Assembly (NCBI GenBank): GCA_022340515.1
Contig: JAJDNT010000261.1
Coordinates: 1-62,879 of the forward strand
DNA length: 62,879 bases
From: Deltaproteobacteria bacterium
Lineage (GTDB): Bacteria; Desulfobacterota; Syntrophobacteria; BM002
Direction of reading: 5' to 3'
Shown: piece by piece, positions 35,310 through 44,823 of the stretch
Position numbering within the stretch: the stretch's first letter is position 1
Layout of the letters: every line of letters begins with the position of its first letter
The notes under the pieces: model-generated
The model's database searches: none
The model's input: only the letters and a program-made list of their open reading frames with translations
What the model was told of the DNA's origin: nothing
Translations under genes and position numbers: made by a program

Positions 35310-35627
35310 TCACTGGCATCGAGGGGGACCGGTTCCATAGTCGGCTACTTCAATTTTCCGTATTACACCTCCCCTGAGGGTAATAATCCGCATAAACCTC
35401 AGGGAGCCGCAATTGTAAGTCCACCTTTGCACAATCGGTCCATCAGTGTTTAGTAGTTCTTTGAGATCCGGTTCTCCGCACCTCTGGAGCAATTTTATGG
35501 TTGGGTCCCCCACCCGTACCAATTCGTTTCCGCATCGAATCGATCGAGCCCAGCTGGGGGCGGCCACAAGCAAGACAATGCTTGTCAGGGCAGCCAGACT
35601 TAGCAACCGTGGTATTTTTACTTTCAT
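35310..35627 (-). CDS. Secreted DUF2845-like small protein
   Basis: Start moved to MKVKIPRLL (35627). Signal peptide, then CGNELVRVGD...CGEP. Confidence 0.55.
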   Translation of the reverse strand: MKVKIPRLLSLAALTSIVLLVAAPSWARSIRCGNELVRVGDPTIKLLQRCGEPDLKELLNTDGPIVQRWTYNCGSLRFMRIITLRGGVIRKIEVADYGTGPPRCQ

Positions 35628-35798
35628 AGCTTTTACTTTCTCTAACTGGGTGTTATGTTTCCAATAGGGATAAGTTCTAAGGCTTGAGATGTCAACAATT
35701 GGCAAGACATTGGCTAGCGTAGCAGGGACAGTTAGATTGTCTCGGCTTCGACTTTGCATCATAAAAAAAACTGGGATCCCTGAAAGGAAGGATTATAA

Positions 35799-37031
35799 GT
35801 GTTTAGAGAAAGATTTGTCAGAAAAAGGCCATTTCTCTCGGCCTTGCTTTTTTTAGGTGTTTTCTTAGTCCTCGCCAATTTTTCTGCTAAAAAAGAATAC
35901 CAAAGCAAAAGTGGGTCCCGCCCAGGAGCTACAAACATTATCTTCATGGTTCCCGATGGCATGGGCCTGACCGATGTCACTGCAGCTCGCATCTTTAAAA
36001 ACGGTTCGGAGGGAGAAATCCTTCATCTAGAGACGCTCTCAACCATTGGCTACCAGAGAACCCATGCTGCCGATTCCTTAGTTACCGATTCGGCTGCTGC
36101 CGCCTCCGCCTGGGCCAATGGCGAAAAGTTCCGCAGGGGAGAAATATCCTGTCATGACGATGATCAAGATGGCAAATGCCAGCCCACACCTGGACCTACT
36201 ATTTTGGAAACTGCCAAAGCGAAGGGTAAGTCAACAGCTTTGGTGGTCACCTCCACTGTCACCGATGCCACTCCCGCTGCCTTTGGCGCCCACGTTTCAT
36301 CGAGGTATTGCGAGAACGAAATCGCCCGGCAATACATTCAGCTCACAAAAGTGGATGTCATCCTGGGGGGTGGTCTGAATCATTTCAATTCCACTGGCGA
36401 ACAGGCCGACAAGTGTGGCACTTTCGGCAACTTCATTGCGGAGGCTGAGAATAATGGGTATGACGTCGTTTGCACTGGGCAAGAACTAAATAGTGCAGTT
36501 GCAAAAGGCTCACAAAAAATCCTTGGCCTTTTCAGCCCAAAAGGAAAAACTCCTGAAATGTTCCGGGTGAATCCGGCAGAACATTACAGGAAAGAGGAAC
36601 CAACCTTGCCGCAGATGACAGCAGCAGCGCTCGAGGTCTTGGAAAAAGATAAAGATGGTTTCTTTCTCCTTGTGGAGGGCTCTCAGATTGATTGGGCTAA
36701 CCACCGAAATGATGTTGCTTATCAGGTGGCTGAAACCCTTGCCTTTGACCATTCTGTCCAGGTAGTACTACATTGGATCAATGAGAAGCCAAACCGGGTG
36801 CAGCACACCTTGGTAATTATTGCACCCGATCACGAGACTGGTGGCTTTGCCATTAATGCTAATGGTGTGGGAACCTACGAACCCGGCTATTTGGTACATG
36901 GTGGCTGGACCACAACAGGACATACGGCTGGAGACGTCTTGGTTTGGAGCCAGGGTCCGGGAAGTGAATATTTAGGGAGGGCTGTGGACAACACCGAAAT
37001 CTACAAAGTAATGCGGGAGGTTCTAAAATAA
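35799..37031 (+). CDS. Alkaline phosphatase (PhoA family)
   Basis: NIIFMVPDGMG and DSAAAASAW (active-site Ser region), plus the HETGG metal ligands. Confidence 0.8.
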   Translation: MFRERFVRKRPFLSALLFLGVFLVLANFSAKKEYQSKSGSRPGATNIIFMVPDGMGLTDVTAARIFKNGSEGEILHLETLSTIGYQRTHAADSLVTDSAAAASAWANGEKFRRGEISCHDDDQDGKCQPTPGPTILETAKAKGKSTALVVTSTVTDATPAAFGAHVSSRYCENEIARQYIQLTKVDVILGGGLNHFNSTGEQADKCGTFGNFIAEAENNGYDVVCTGQELNSAVAKGSQKILGLFSPKGKTPEMFRVNPAEHYRKEEPTLPQMTAAALEVLEKDKDGFFLLVEGSQIDWANHRNDVAYQVAETLAFDHSVQVVLHWINEKPNRVQHTLVIIAPDHETGGFAINANGVGTYEPGYLVHGGWTTTGHTAGDVLVWSQGPGSEYLGRAVDNTEIYKVMREVLK

Positions 37032-37055
37032 AATCCACACCCCCAAATCCACAAT

Positions 37056-37718
37056 CTAAAGATGTCCATACTTATCTAAAGCCTCGAGCAGAGGTGTACC
37101 TAAGCGAATATCTTTTCTTGCCCTGGAATCTTTTTCCGCCCACTCCAAGACTTTAGCTTCGATCTCATTGACCAGTCGGGCGGGAAGAATGATCACTCCG
37201 TCGTCATCGGCAACAACTGTATCACCCGGCCTTACCTCCACCCAATCTTCCAAAGCTCCGCGGACACGAATCACCACCTGACTGTCTGTGACACGCCAGC
37301 GCCCGATTGCCTGGGCAGGCGTGCGGTAGCGCACCATCATAGGCAACTCTAAGGTCTTAAGGTAGGCCAGATCTCTTACCCCACCGTCTACTACCACTCC
37401 GGCGCAGCCTCTTGCTTTCATAGCCTCGGAGAGCAAATCGCCAAAACAGCAGACGCCCCGAATATCATTACCTGCCCATACCGGGACAACCCCTGGAACC
37501 ATTGCATCAATGGCAGCCAGCTTTGCTCTGTCCCCCTTTCCCGACCACCGATGTGACTCTCCAGTAATGGTGTAGGCAGGACCGGCGAAGCTTATTCCCG
37601 GAGCCGGTATGGCCACTAGGGAGTTGTCTAAAACAGGGGGCAAATATCCCATCTTATCGAAGACATCAGAGATAACTGCTGTTCCTGCCTCTATGAGAGA
37701 TTGAATCGTGCTTGTCAT
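37056..37718 (-). CDS. RraA-family protein (RraA / 4-hydroxy-4-methyl-2-oxoglutarate aldolase-like)
   Basis: 220 aa with a GDLL...GVVVDGGVRD core. Confidence 0.7.
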   Translation of the reverse strand: MTSTIQSLIEAGTAVISDVFDKMGYLPPVLDNSLVAIPAPGISFAGPAYTITGESHRWSGKGDRAKLAAIDAMVPGVVPVWAGNDIRGVCCFGDLLSEAMKARGCAGVVVDGGVRDLAYLKTLELPMMVRYRTPAQAIGRWRVTDSQVVIRVRGALEDWVEVRPGDTVVADDDGVIILPARLVNEIEAKVLEWAEKDSRARKDIRLGTPLLEALDKYGHL

Positions 37719-37777
37719 TTGCTGACCTCCCCAGTCTTAATGATGTCCCTATGCCCCTGATAAAATCCCCCCTCTCG

Positions 37778-37869
37778 CTCCCCCCTTTAACAAAGGGGGG
37801 AGTTCATAATTAGGATTTAGGAAAAAGGTAAAGAAAGTAATCAGCAAGTCCCCCTTTTCTAAAGGGGGA
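37778..37869 (-). terminator. Two G/C-run hairpins between the TerB-like and RraA-like genes
   Basis: CTCCCCCC-TTTAACAAA-GGGGGGAG (37778-37802) and TCCCCC-TTTTCTAAA-GGGGGA (37849-37869). Confidence 0.4.
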
Positions 37870-37886
37870 TTTAGGGGGATTTCCAA

Positions 37887-38345
37887 TTATACCGAATGAA
37901 GCACCTTGAGTTTTGCATCAATTAGTTGTTTGTGGCTGAGACGTAATAATTTGGCTAACTTATGAACCAGATAATCTTCATGTTTATCTAGTCTTCCATC
38001 CGTGTATATAACCTGCCAGACTGTCTCAATAACTTTAATTTTCTCTTCAGTTGAATAGTTCTCATTTATCAGTTTTGCGAATTGCCACAAGTCTATACTT
38101 CTTTCCAGTTCATCTTCGGCAGCCTTCATTAAAGCAGAGGCATGCTCAGCTGATAATTGATAATTATTTTTTAATACTTCAACGATATTATCTTTTTCTG
38201 ATTCGCTGAACTTACCATCTATATTTGCCATCTCGAGTAGTAGAGCGCAGGTTGCTATTCTAACATCATGAGAAGTTTCTATTTTGCTGTCAGCAGAATA
38301 CTCCTTGCTGGTTTTTGCGAAAAACTTTTTCAGTAAATTTTTCAT
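37887..38345 (-). CDS. TerB-family protein
   Basis: Two-lobed helical TerB pattern (LLLEMANIDGKFSESE ... VIYTDGRLDKHEDYL). Confidence 0.7.
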   Translation of the reverse strand: MKNLLKKFFAKTSKEYSADSKIETSHDVRIATCALLLEMANIDGKFSESEKDNIVEVLKNNYQLSAEHASALMKAAEDELERSIDLWQFAKLINENYSTEEKIKVIETVWQVIYTDGRLDKHEDYLVHKLAKLLRLSHKQLIDAKLKVLHSV

Positions 38346-38426
38346 TTTAAGTCCTTGAAACCAGTAGTCATTAGGCAGTAGCCAGTAGCTAGTAGTAAAG
38401 ACGAACTCAATTTTGATTGTTTCTCT

Positions 38427-38526
38427 CCTGGATTCTGGATTCTGACTCCTGTCTCCTTACTCTATGCTCCATGCTCTATGCCCTTTTAAATCCCCAATCC
38501 GAAATCCTCAATCCGCAATCCCTCAA
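38427..38526 (-). repeat. Word-stutter dispersed repeat (reverse complement of the 18208 type) plus an AATCCSN heptamer run
   Basis: The reverse complement of 38427-38483 reads GGGCATAGAGCATGGAGCATAGAGTAAGGAGACAGGAGTCAGAATCCAGAATCCAGG. It is followed by CCCCAATCCGAAATCCTCAATCCGCAATCCC. Confidence 0.75.
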
Positions 38527-39215
38527 TACCTTATCCCCTTCACCATAAAATATACCCCCAAGATGACCATAATAACCGAAGATACCTTATAAATTATATC
38601 TCTTCTCTTCAGCCAGCCGAGGTCGGCAAGTTTCGCTACGAGCAACAGTGAAGGAACAGTCCCCAGCCCAAATGACAGCATAAGTCCTGAGCCGATCAAT
38701 GAGCCCCTCAATGAAGACGGGGCTTCCATTCCAGCCCGGGCTGCTGCTATCAGGGCTGTATAAACCGGCCCGCATGGCAGCAAACCTAAAAGCATTCCCA
38801 GGGGATAGTAGGTAGCCGTTGATCTTGTCTTAGAGAGTTTGCCAAAGGTTCGAGATAGCAGACCTCCGGGATTGTAATAGTCCCCGAAGATTGAACCCAA
38901 AGGTATCCATCCAGCCATGGCCAGCCCCATTATAATAATTAAAATGCCGGTGAAGACCATCACACCTTTCTGCAAGCTGGCAATACCGGCGGTAACCGAG
39001 GTAAAGGAGCCTGTCGCCCCCATAATGCCACCTAGTAAACCGTAGGTGGTAATCCGTCCAACATTGTAGAGCAAGTGAGGGGCAAGTACCGACCGTCCCT
39101 TCAAATTGAGTGAAAGAGAAGCGACGATGGGCCCGCACATGCCGATACAATGACCAAACCCAACAGCAAGGCCTGAGGAAAAAATGACGAAATATATGGT
39201 TTCAGTAGACAACAT
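38523..39215 (-). CDS. DsbD_2 / TauE-like membrane protein with an HCxxMCGP motif
   Basis: GFGHCIGMCGPIV in TM1, about 6 TM helices. The start is 39215 (MLSTETIY) or 39236. Confidence 0.65.
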   Translation of the reverse strand: MLSTETIYFVIFSSGLAVGFGHCIGMCGPIVASLSLNLKGRSVLAPHLLYNVGRITTYGLLGGIMGATGSFTSVTAGIASLQKGVMVFTGILIIIMGLAMAGWIPLGSIFGDYYNPGGLLSRTFGKLSKTRSTATYYPLGMLLGLLPCGPVYTALIAAARAGMEAPSSLRGSLIGSGLMLSFGLGTVPSLLLVAKLADLGWLKRRDIIYKVSSVIMVILGVYFMVKGIRY

Positions 39216-39639
39216 CAAAGACGAACTCCGCCACACCCATCTCTGGAACCGTTAATGTGGCCTTCCAGGTCCGGCGGCCGCTGGGGCAGCGGACTATGAC
39301 TCCTTCACCCCGATAAAGCGACTCTCCGGCTGGCTTAAGGATAACCCGGTTCCTGCCCATGTTCATTCCTGGCATACCTAAATCAATGTAGGGATTGGTC
39401 ACCGGCTTCTCACCCACAAAAGTGACAGTAAAAATGAGGTCTTTCATTGCCTCGACCGGCTTCGGCTCAATCTCCAGGCTCACCTTGGCTCCAGATATGT
39501 TTGCGCTGCACGGCCCTGCATGGACATCGCAGTCGATCCGGACTGGCTTGCTCTCAGTGCTAGAGGCCGTGGTGCAAATGGCAAATGTAATAAGGCAAAG
39601 GATCGCCACAAAAAGCTTAACTTTTAGATTTAATTTCAT
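39202..39639 (-). CDS. FixH/YtkA-like exported protein
   Basis: Signal peptide followed by an Ig-like domain. Overlaps the downstream DsbD_2-type gene. Confidence 0.55.
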   Translation of the reverse strand: MKLNLKVKLFVAILCLITFAICTTASSTESKPVRIDCDVHAGPCSANISGAKVSLEIEPKPVEAMKDLIFTVTFVGEKPVTNPYIDLGMPGMNMGRNRVILKPAGESLYRGEGVIVRCPSGRRTWKATLTVPEMGVAEFVFDVVY

Positions 39640-39946
39640 CGGGGACTCCCAATTTCTAAATGCCTAAAATGAACTAACATGCGCTAAAATACCTAAATTT
39701 TTCTATGAAGAGCTAACTAGGTCAGAAAATATAGTCGAACTGCTTCAACTTCACAATCATTAATCATGGTTGCAGCTCTTTGGCGTCACAACCGGGAGGT
39801 TGCTCCTAGATGACATTAAATTTTAGGCATTTTCTCTACTTGCCTTGCATCGACTGGAATCATGCCTATATTTCTAACAACCCTTTGGAGGGTAAAATTC
39901 TCCGGTAAAAAGATTTAAATTTATACTTCTAACGAGGAGGTCTAAA

Positions 39947-40576
39947 ATGGCTCGCCTATTATATATTGAAGCCTCACCCCGCAAAGAAAGATCTGCTTCA
40001 ATCCAGATTGCCAGAACCTTCATTGCCGAGTATGAACGTAGCCGCCCAAACGATGTGGTTGAAACCCTGGATTTATGGGATACCACTCTGCCAGAGTTCG
40101 ATGGCCCCGTGATCGACTCCAAATACGCCATACTGCATGGTCTGAAGCACACCGAGGAACAGAAAAGTGCCTGGCGTGCTGTGGAGAATGTGATCTCCCA
40201 ATTTACCCGGGCAGACAAGTATCTCTTCTCCTTGCCTATGTGGAACTTTGGCATACCTTACAAATTGAAGCATTACATCGATGTGATAGTGCAACCGGGA
40301 TACACTTTTAGTTTTTCTCCTGAAGAAGGTTATAAAGGGCTGATGACCGGTAAAGCCGTTGCGGCAATCTACGCTAGGGGCGGTGCTTATGGCTCCGGCA
40401 CTGGTGCAGAGAGCTACGATTTGCAGAAAGCTTACTTGGAGCATATTTTGGGTTTTATTGGCTTCAGTGACTTTCAAACCATACTTGTAGAGCCAACTCT
40501 CTCTTCGCCCGAACAAAAAGACAAAGCCATAAAAGCAGCCACGGAACTGGCCAAGAACATCGCAGCAACCTTCTAG
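39947..40576 (+). CDS. azoR: FMN-dependent NADH-azoreductase / flavodoxin-like quinone reductase
   Basis: N-terminal LLYIEASPR...S motif, 209 aa, flavodoxin-like fold pattern. Confidence 0.7.
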   Translation: MARLLYIEASPRKERSASIQIARTFIAEYERSRPNDVVETLDLWDTTLPEFDGPVIDSKYAILHGLKHTEEQKSAWRAVENVISQFTRADKYLFSLPMWNFGIPYKLKHYIDVIVQPGYTFSFSPEEGYKGLMTGKAVAAIYARGGAYGSGTGAESYDLQKAYLEHILGFIGFSDFQTILVEPTLSSPEQKDKAIKAATELAKNIAATF

Positions 40577-40866
40577 GCCCGCAGTATGGGTCACAGGGGC
40601 GCAGTCCTTGGACTACTACAAGAATCAGCATGCAGCTCGAAGCTAGCAGCAGATAGGAAAAACCTAGAGAATCAAGCACTTATATAATACACCAACTATC
40701 GGGAAATTATGGTTTACTCAAGCCTTGAGACTTTTGCTTTGCGCCTTCCGTAATTATCGCCATGCGTATCTGGACAATCGCGGTGGACTGGAGTATTATG
40801 CCGGGGTTGCGAACCTGAAACCCTTTGAAATAATCACACACGAGGAGTAACAAAAAGGAGGGTTTG

Positions 40867-41484
40867 ATGGCAGTTATTACTATCAGCAGGGAATGTGGGG
40901 TAGAAAGTGAAAAGGTGGCATCCCTCTTGGCGGAAAAACTGGGTTGGGAATATATTGGCAAGAAGCTGGTGGCTCGAATTGCTCGGGAACTCCGCATTAG
41001 CGAAAGTGAAGTTGAGACCTTTCGCAAGGATGCTCAATCGCGCCTTCTACGCTTCCTTGATAAATACACCTGTAGTCTCGTACAAAAGGTGGTTGATCGC
41101 GAGCGTGGTTGTTTGGACGACAATGCCTATTTTGAGACCACTAAGAAGCTGGTGGAGAACATTTATGAAGAGGGCAATGCCATCATTCTCGGTTGGGCCG
41201 GACAGTGTATTTTAGGAAGGAAGCCCGATACCCTCCATGTGAGATTGATCAAAGATGAAGAGGGTAAAATCAAAACCATCATGAAGCGTTTCAAAATAGC
41301 TCGCGATGCAGCCAGAGACCATATCCGCCGGGAGGAAAAGGATTCAAAAAGTTTAATCAAACACTACTTTAACGTGGACTGGAATGATGTCAAACTTTAC
41401 GACCTGATCATAGATATGGGTAAAACTTCTGTTGAGGAGGCTGTGGACACTATCATCGATAATCTGAAACGCAAGACCAGGTGA
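40867..41484 (+). CDS. Cytidylate-kinase-like family protein
   Basis: AAGGAGG lies 5 nt before the ATG at 40867. MAVITISRECG P-loop-like N-terminus. Confidence 0.6.
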   Translation: MAVITISRECGVESEKVASLLAEKLGWEYIGKKLVARIARELRISESEVETFRKDAQSRLLRFLDKYTCSLVQKVVDRERGCLDDNAYFETTKKLVENIYEEGNAIILGWAGQCILGRKPDTLHVRLIKDEEGKIKTIMKRFKIARDAARDHIRREEKDSKSLIKHYFNVDWNDVKLYDLIIDMGKTSVEEAVDTIIDNLKRKTR

Positions 41485-41604
41485 CAAATAGAGAGAGCTG
41501 AGCCATTTAGCAGGCGGATAAGTTAAAGCTCAAACCCCCTGCTCATCTGATTTTACCAAAAAGTCTTCCAAAGGCTCTAGAAATCATCGACTCATTTATT
41601 TGAA

Positions 41605-42984
41605 ATGCCAAAGAGTTACAAGTCATTAACCTCCGCACTCGTGGCCGACTATATTGTTCGACCGGCAGAGTCTTTCTTCAAAAAAGAGGCTTCAAGCAGC
41701 GTCCTGCTCCTACTTGCCAGCTTTATGGCCGTTGCTTGGGCCAATTCCGCTCTCGCTCCCTTTTATCATGATCTTTTGCACACCCATTTCACCCTCGAGT
41801 TAGGCGAATATCAGATAAGCAAATCCTTGGTTCACTGGATTAACGATGGCCTAATGACCTATTTTATCTTTATTGTAGGCTTGGAGATAAAACGCGAAAT
41901 CCTGGTCGGCGAGCTTTCAACCCCCAGGAGTGCCCTCCTCCCCGTTGTCGCTGCCCTGGGAGGAATGCTTGTTCCTGGAGCCATTTATTTTGCCCTAAAC
42001 CGCGGCACCCCATACGCTGGTGGCTGGGGCATACCCATGGCTACAGATATCGCCTTTGCCCTTGGGGCCATCGCTGTATTCGGCCGAAAACTGCCTTTGG
42101 GCCTCAGGGTCTTCCTCTCTGCCTTTGCCATTGCCGATGACCTGGGTGCCGTGGTCATTATCGCGGTCTTTTACACCAAGGGAATCGTCTGGAGTTATCT
42201 GATTATCTGCCTATTCTTCGTTGCTGGACTCGCCCTTGCCAATCTCCTGTGGATCAGGTGGACCCTGCTCTACGCCTTGCTCGGTCTTGGCATCTGGGTT
42301 GCTGTTTTGGGTTCAGGGGTTCATCCAACGGTGGCAGGATTCGTGGTTGCCATGTTCATTCCGGCTCGGGGCAAGTATGACACCGATAGATTCGTCAACA
42401 AAGTGAAAGAAATCATGGATGAGTTTCAGTGTGAGGAACAGAGTTGCGGCTACTCTATACTACTTGACCGTGGTCATCTCAACGCCGTACATGCCCTGGA
42501 AGTGGCCTGCCATGAAGTAGAGACACCCTTGCAACGGCTTGAGCATTCTTTACATCCATGGGTCGCCTTCGTCCTGCTCCCCCTCTTTGCTTTTGCTAAC
42601 GCTGGACTTTCCCTCGAGGGAATGAGCCTCACAAGCATCGTGCATCAACCTCTTACCTTGGGTGTAACATTGGGTCTATTCCTCGGAAAACCCATAGGCA
42701 TCGCCCTTTTCTCCTTTCTGGCCGTCAAGACGGGTATAGCGATGCTCCCCGCTGAGGTTAGGTGGTCACACATCATCGGTGCCGGCATGTTAGGCGGGAT
42801 AGGCTTTACCATGTCCTTATTCGTCTCCGGACTCTCCTTTGTCTCACCTGAACTGCTCAATTACGCCAAGTTGGGGATATTGTTGGGATCGATCCTTTCA
42901 GCAATAGCGGGAATTGCTTTTCTGGCTTGGTATTGCGCTCGCCTGGGCAAAAGGAAAGAAAAAGCCTCCGTTCAAGCTCACTAA
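41605..42984 (+). CDS. nhaA: Na+/H+ antiporter NhaA
   Basis: WINDGLM, the ATDIAFALG assembly motif and FAIADDLGAV (DD pair). Confidence 0.85.
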   Translation: MPKSYKSLTSALVADYIVRPAESFFKKEASSSVLLLLASFMAVAWANSALAPFYHDLLHTHFTLELGEYQISKSLVHWINDGLMTYFIFIVGLEIKREILVGELSTPRSALLPVVAALGGMLVPGAIYFALNRGTPYAGGWGIPMATDIAFALGAIAVFGRKLPLGLRVFLSAFAIADDLGAVVIIAVFYTKGIVWSYLIICLFFVAGLALANLLWIRWTLLYALLGLGIWVAVLGSGVHPTVAGFVVAMFIPARGKYDTDRFVNKVKEIMDEFQCEEQSCGYSILLDRGHLNAVHALEVACHEVETPLQRLEHSLHPWVAFVLLPLFAFANAGLSLEGMSLTSIVHQPLTLGVTLGLFLGKPIGIALFSFLAVKTGIAMLPAEVRWSHIIGAGMLGGIGFTMSLFVSGLSFVSPELLNYAKLGILLGSILSAIAGIAFLAWYCARLGKRKEKASVQAH

Positions 42985-43097
42985 GACTGATGGTTGAGTC
43001 TATCGCCCCCCCGATTTCCTCAGAGTGTATTTATTGAACTAATAACCCTCAGCAAGAACAAACTGCCCCAATATTCTGTTCTAGGCTTTCGGGGGTT

Positions 43098-43170
43098 AAG
43101 TGTGCATTAAGGGATGTTATATTAAGCCGTGGTAAGCCGTTACCTAGCCTCATATACATCGATCTTCTTG
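43098..43170 (+). repeat. Direct repeat, copy 1 (core GGATGTTATATTAAG)
   Basis: About 75% identical by eye to 47639-47714. The 15-nt core is identical (43112-43126 and 47654-47668). Confidence 0.65.
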
Positions 43171-43239
43171 TCAAAATATCTCCTCTTTCCAACAATTAAA
43201 ATTCTGGTATGATCACCTCATATACCCCACGGTTACTCC

Positions 43240-43269
43240 TTGACACCCAAGGGCCAGCTTACCTATACT
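43240..43269 (+). promoter_or_regulatory. Candidate sigma70 promoter for the CoA-transferase gene
   Basis: TTGACA (43240-43245), an 18-nt spacer, then TATACT (43264-43269). Confidence 0.45.
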
Positions 43270-43355
43270 CCGGCCGATTGGAAGCTTGGTCCCATCACAC
43301 TTCACCGATAAATTGGTGTTCCCTGCGTTCTTGCTGACAAGGAGGAGGTTCAACA

Positions 43356-44657
43356 ATGAGAGCAGACCCTAACTGGAAAGCCAAGGCCGTAAGCCCTGAG
43401 GACGCTGTGGCGCATATCAAATCCGGTATGAAGGTCTTCGTTCACGGTGCAGCAGCCACTCCTACTTCCTTGCTTACTGCGCTTTGCAAACGGCGAGATT
43501 TGGCGGATGTCAGCCTCTATCACCTTCACCTCTCGGGTGACATCCCTTTTGTGGATCCCGCTCAAAGGGGGAGATTCTTTTCCACTTCTCTCTTCGTGGG
43601 GTTGGAGTTGCGGAAGCCTATTGAAGAAGGACGCGCTGATTTTATGCCAATCTTTCTTGCAGACATCCCCAGATTATTTGCCTCCGGGGTCATTCGCTTG
43701 GACGCAGCGATCATCCAACTATCTCCTCCGGATCGGCACGGCATATGTACTTTGGGCACCTCGGTTGACGCTGCCAAAGCAGCGGCGGACTCTGCCCCTG
43801 TTCTTATTGCCGAGATTAATGAGCAAATGCCCCGCACTCACGGCAACACCTTTGTTCGGTTCGACAGGGTCACCACCTTCATACATACCGATCGCTCACT
43901 GATTGAGCATCACGGATATCCTGAAACCGAGGTGGAAGCCCGCATTGGAGAAATCATTGCCGGCCTTGTGGAGGATGGCTCCACCTTGCAGACAGGAATT
44001 GGGGCCATTCCAGACGCCGTACTGAGTCGCCTATTCGACAAGCACGAACTCGGAGTTCACACGGAAATGTTCTCCGACCATGTGGTTGATCTAGTCGAGA
44101 GGGGCGTCATCACCAATCGCCTCAAAAAGATCCATCCCAATAGAATAACTACCAGTTTTGTCAGCGGTTCCAAGAAGTTATTTGATTTTGTTCATGACAA
44201 CCCTACTGTGGAATTTCACCCTTCTGACCGCACGAATGATACTGCTCTTATCCGCCAGAATGACAAGGTAGTCGCAATCAATTCAGCCTTGGAAATCGAT
44301 CTTACCGGACAGGTCTGCGCTGATTCCCTCGGGCATCGGATCTACTCTGGCATTGGCGGTCAGATGGACTTCATCCACGGCGCCTCGCATTCTACGGGTG
44401 GGAAACCGGTTATTGCTCTTCCGGCTACAGCCGCCAAAGGGACGGTGTCGAGGATCGTGCCCGAACTCAAACCTGGTGCTGGCGTGGTAACGACAAGAGG
44501 TCATGTGCACTGGGTGGTAACCGAATTCGGCGCGGTGAACTTGCATGGAAAGACATTGCGGGAGCGAGGAGAAGCTCTCATCTCTATTGCTCACCCCGAC
44601 TTCCGCATGGAGCTAAGAAAGGCTTTTGCGAATATCAGGCACTTCGTAATGAACTGA
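43356..44657 (+). CDS. Acetyl-CoA hydrolase/transferase family (4-hydroxybutyrate CoA-transferase-like)
   Basis: 433 aa. AAGGAGGAGG RBS. The N-terminal SGMKVFVHGAAATP and C-terminal GGQMDF motifs are present. Confidence 0.75.
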   Translation: MRADPNWKAKAVSPEDAVAHIKSGMKVFVHGAAATPTSLLTALCKRRDLADVSLYHLHLSGDIPFVDPAQRGRFFSTSLFVGLELRKPIEEGRADFMPIFLADIPRLFASGVIRLDAAIIQLSPPDRHGICTLGTSVDAAKAAADSAPVLIAEINEQMPRTHGNTFVRFDRVTTFIHTDRSLIEHHGYPETEVEARIGEIIAGLVEDGSTLQTGIGAIPDAVLSRLFDKHELGVHTEMFSDHVVDLVERGVITNRLKKIHPNRITTSFVSGSKKLFDFVHDNPTVEFHPSDRTNDTALIRQNDKVVAINSALEIDLTGQVCADSLGHRIYSGIGGQMDFIHGASHSTGGKPVIALPATAAKGTVSRIVPELKPGAGVVTTRGHVHWVVTEFGAVNLHGKTLRERGEALISIAHPDFRMELRKAFANIRHFVMN

Positions 44658-44823
44658 AAGGTTCCTCTCCTACTTCAAACCTCTTCTGGATCTGTCGAAG
44701 GATGTAAGGAGAGGATGCACAGGAAAAAAACTTTTGACCCTTAACAACGTCGGACCCCCAAAATCTAAGGACGAACTCACCGAAAAGGTCTGCAGAGCAA
44801 TCCTGATTTAGGGAGGATTCAGT

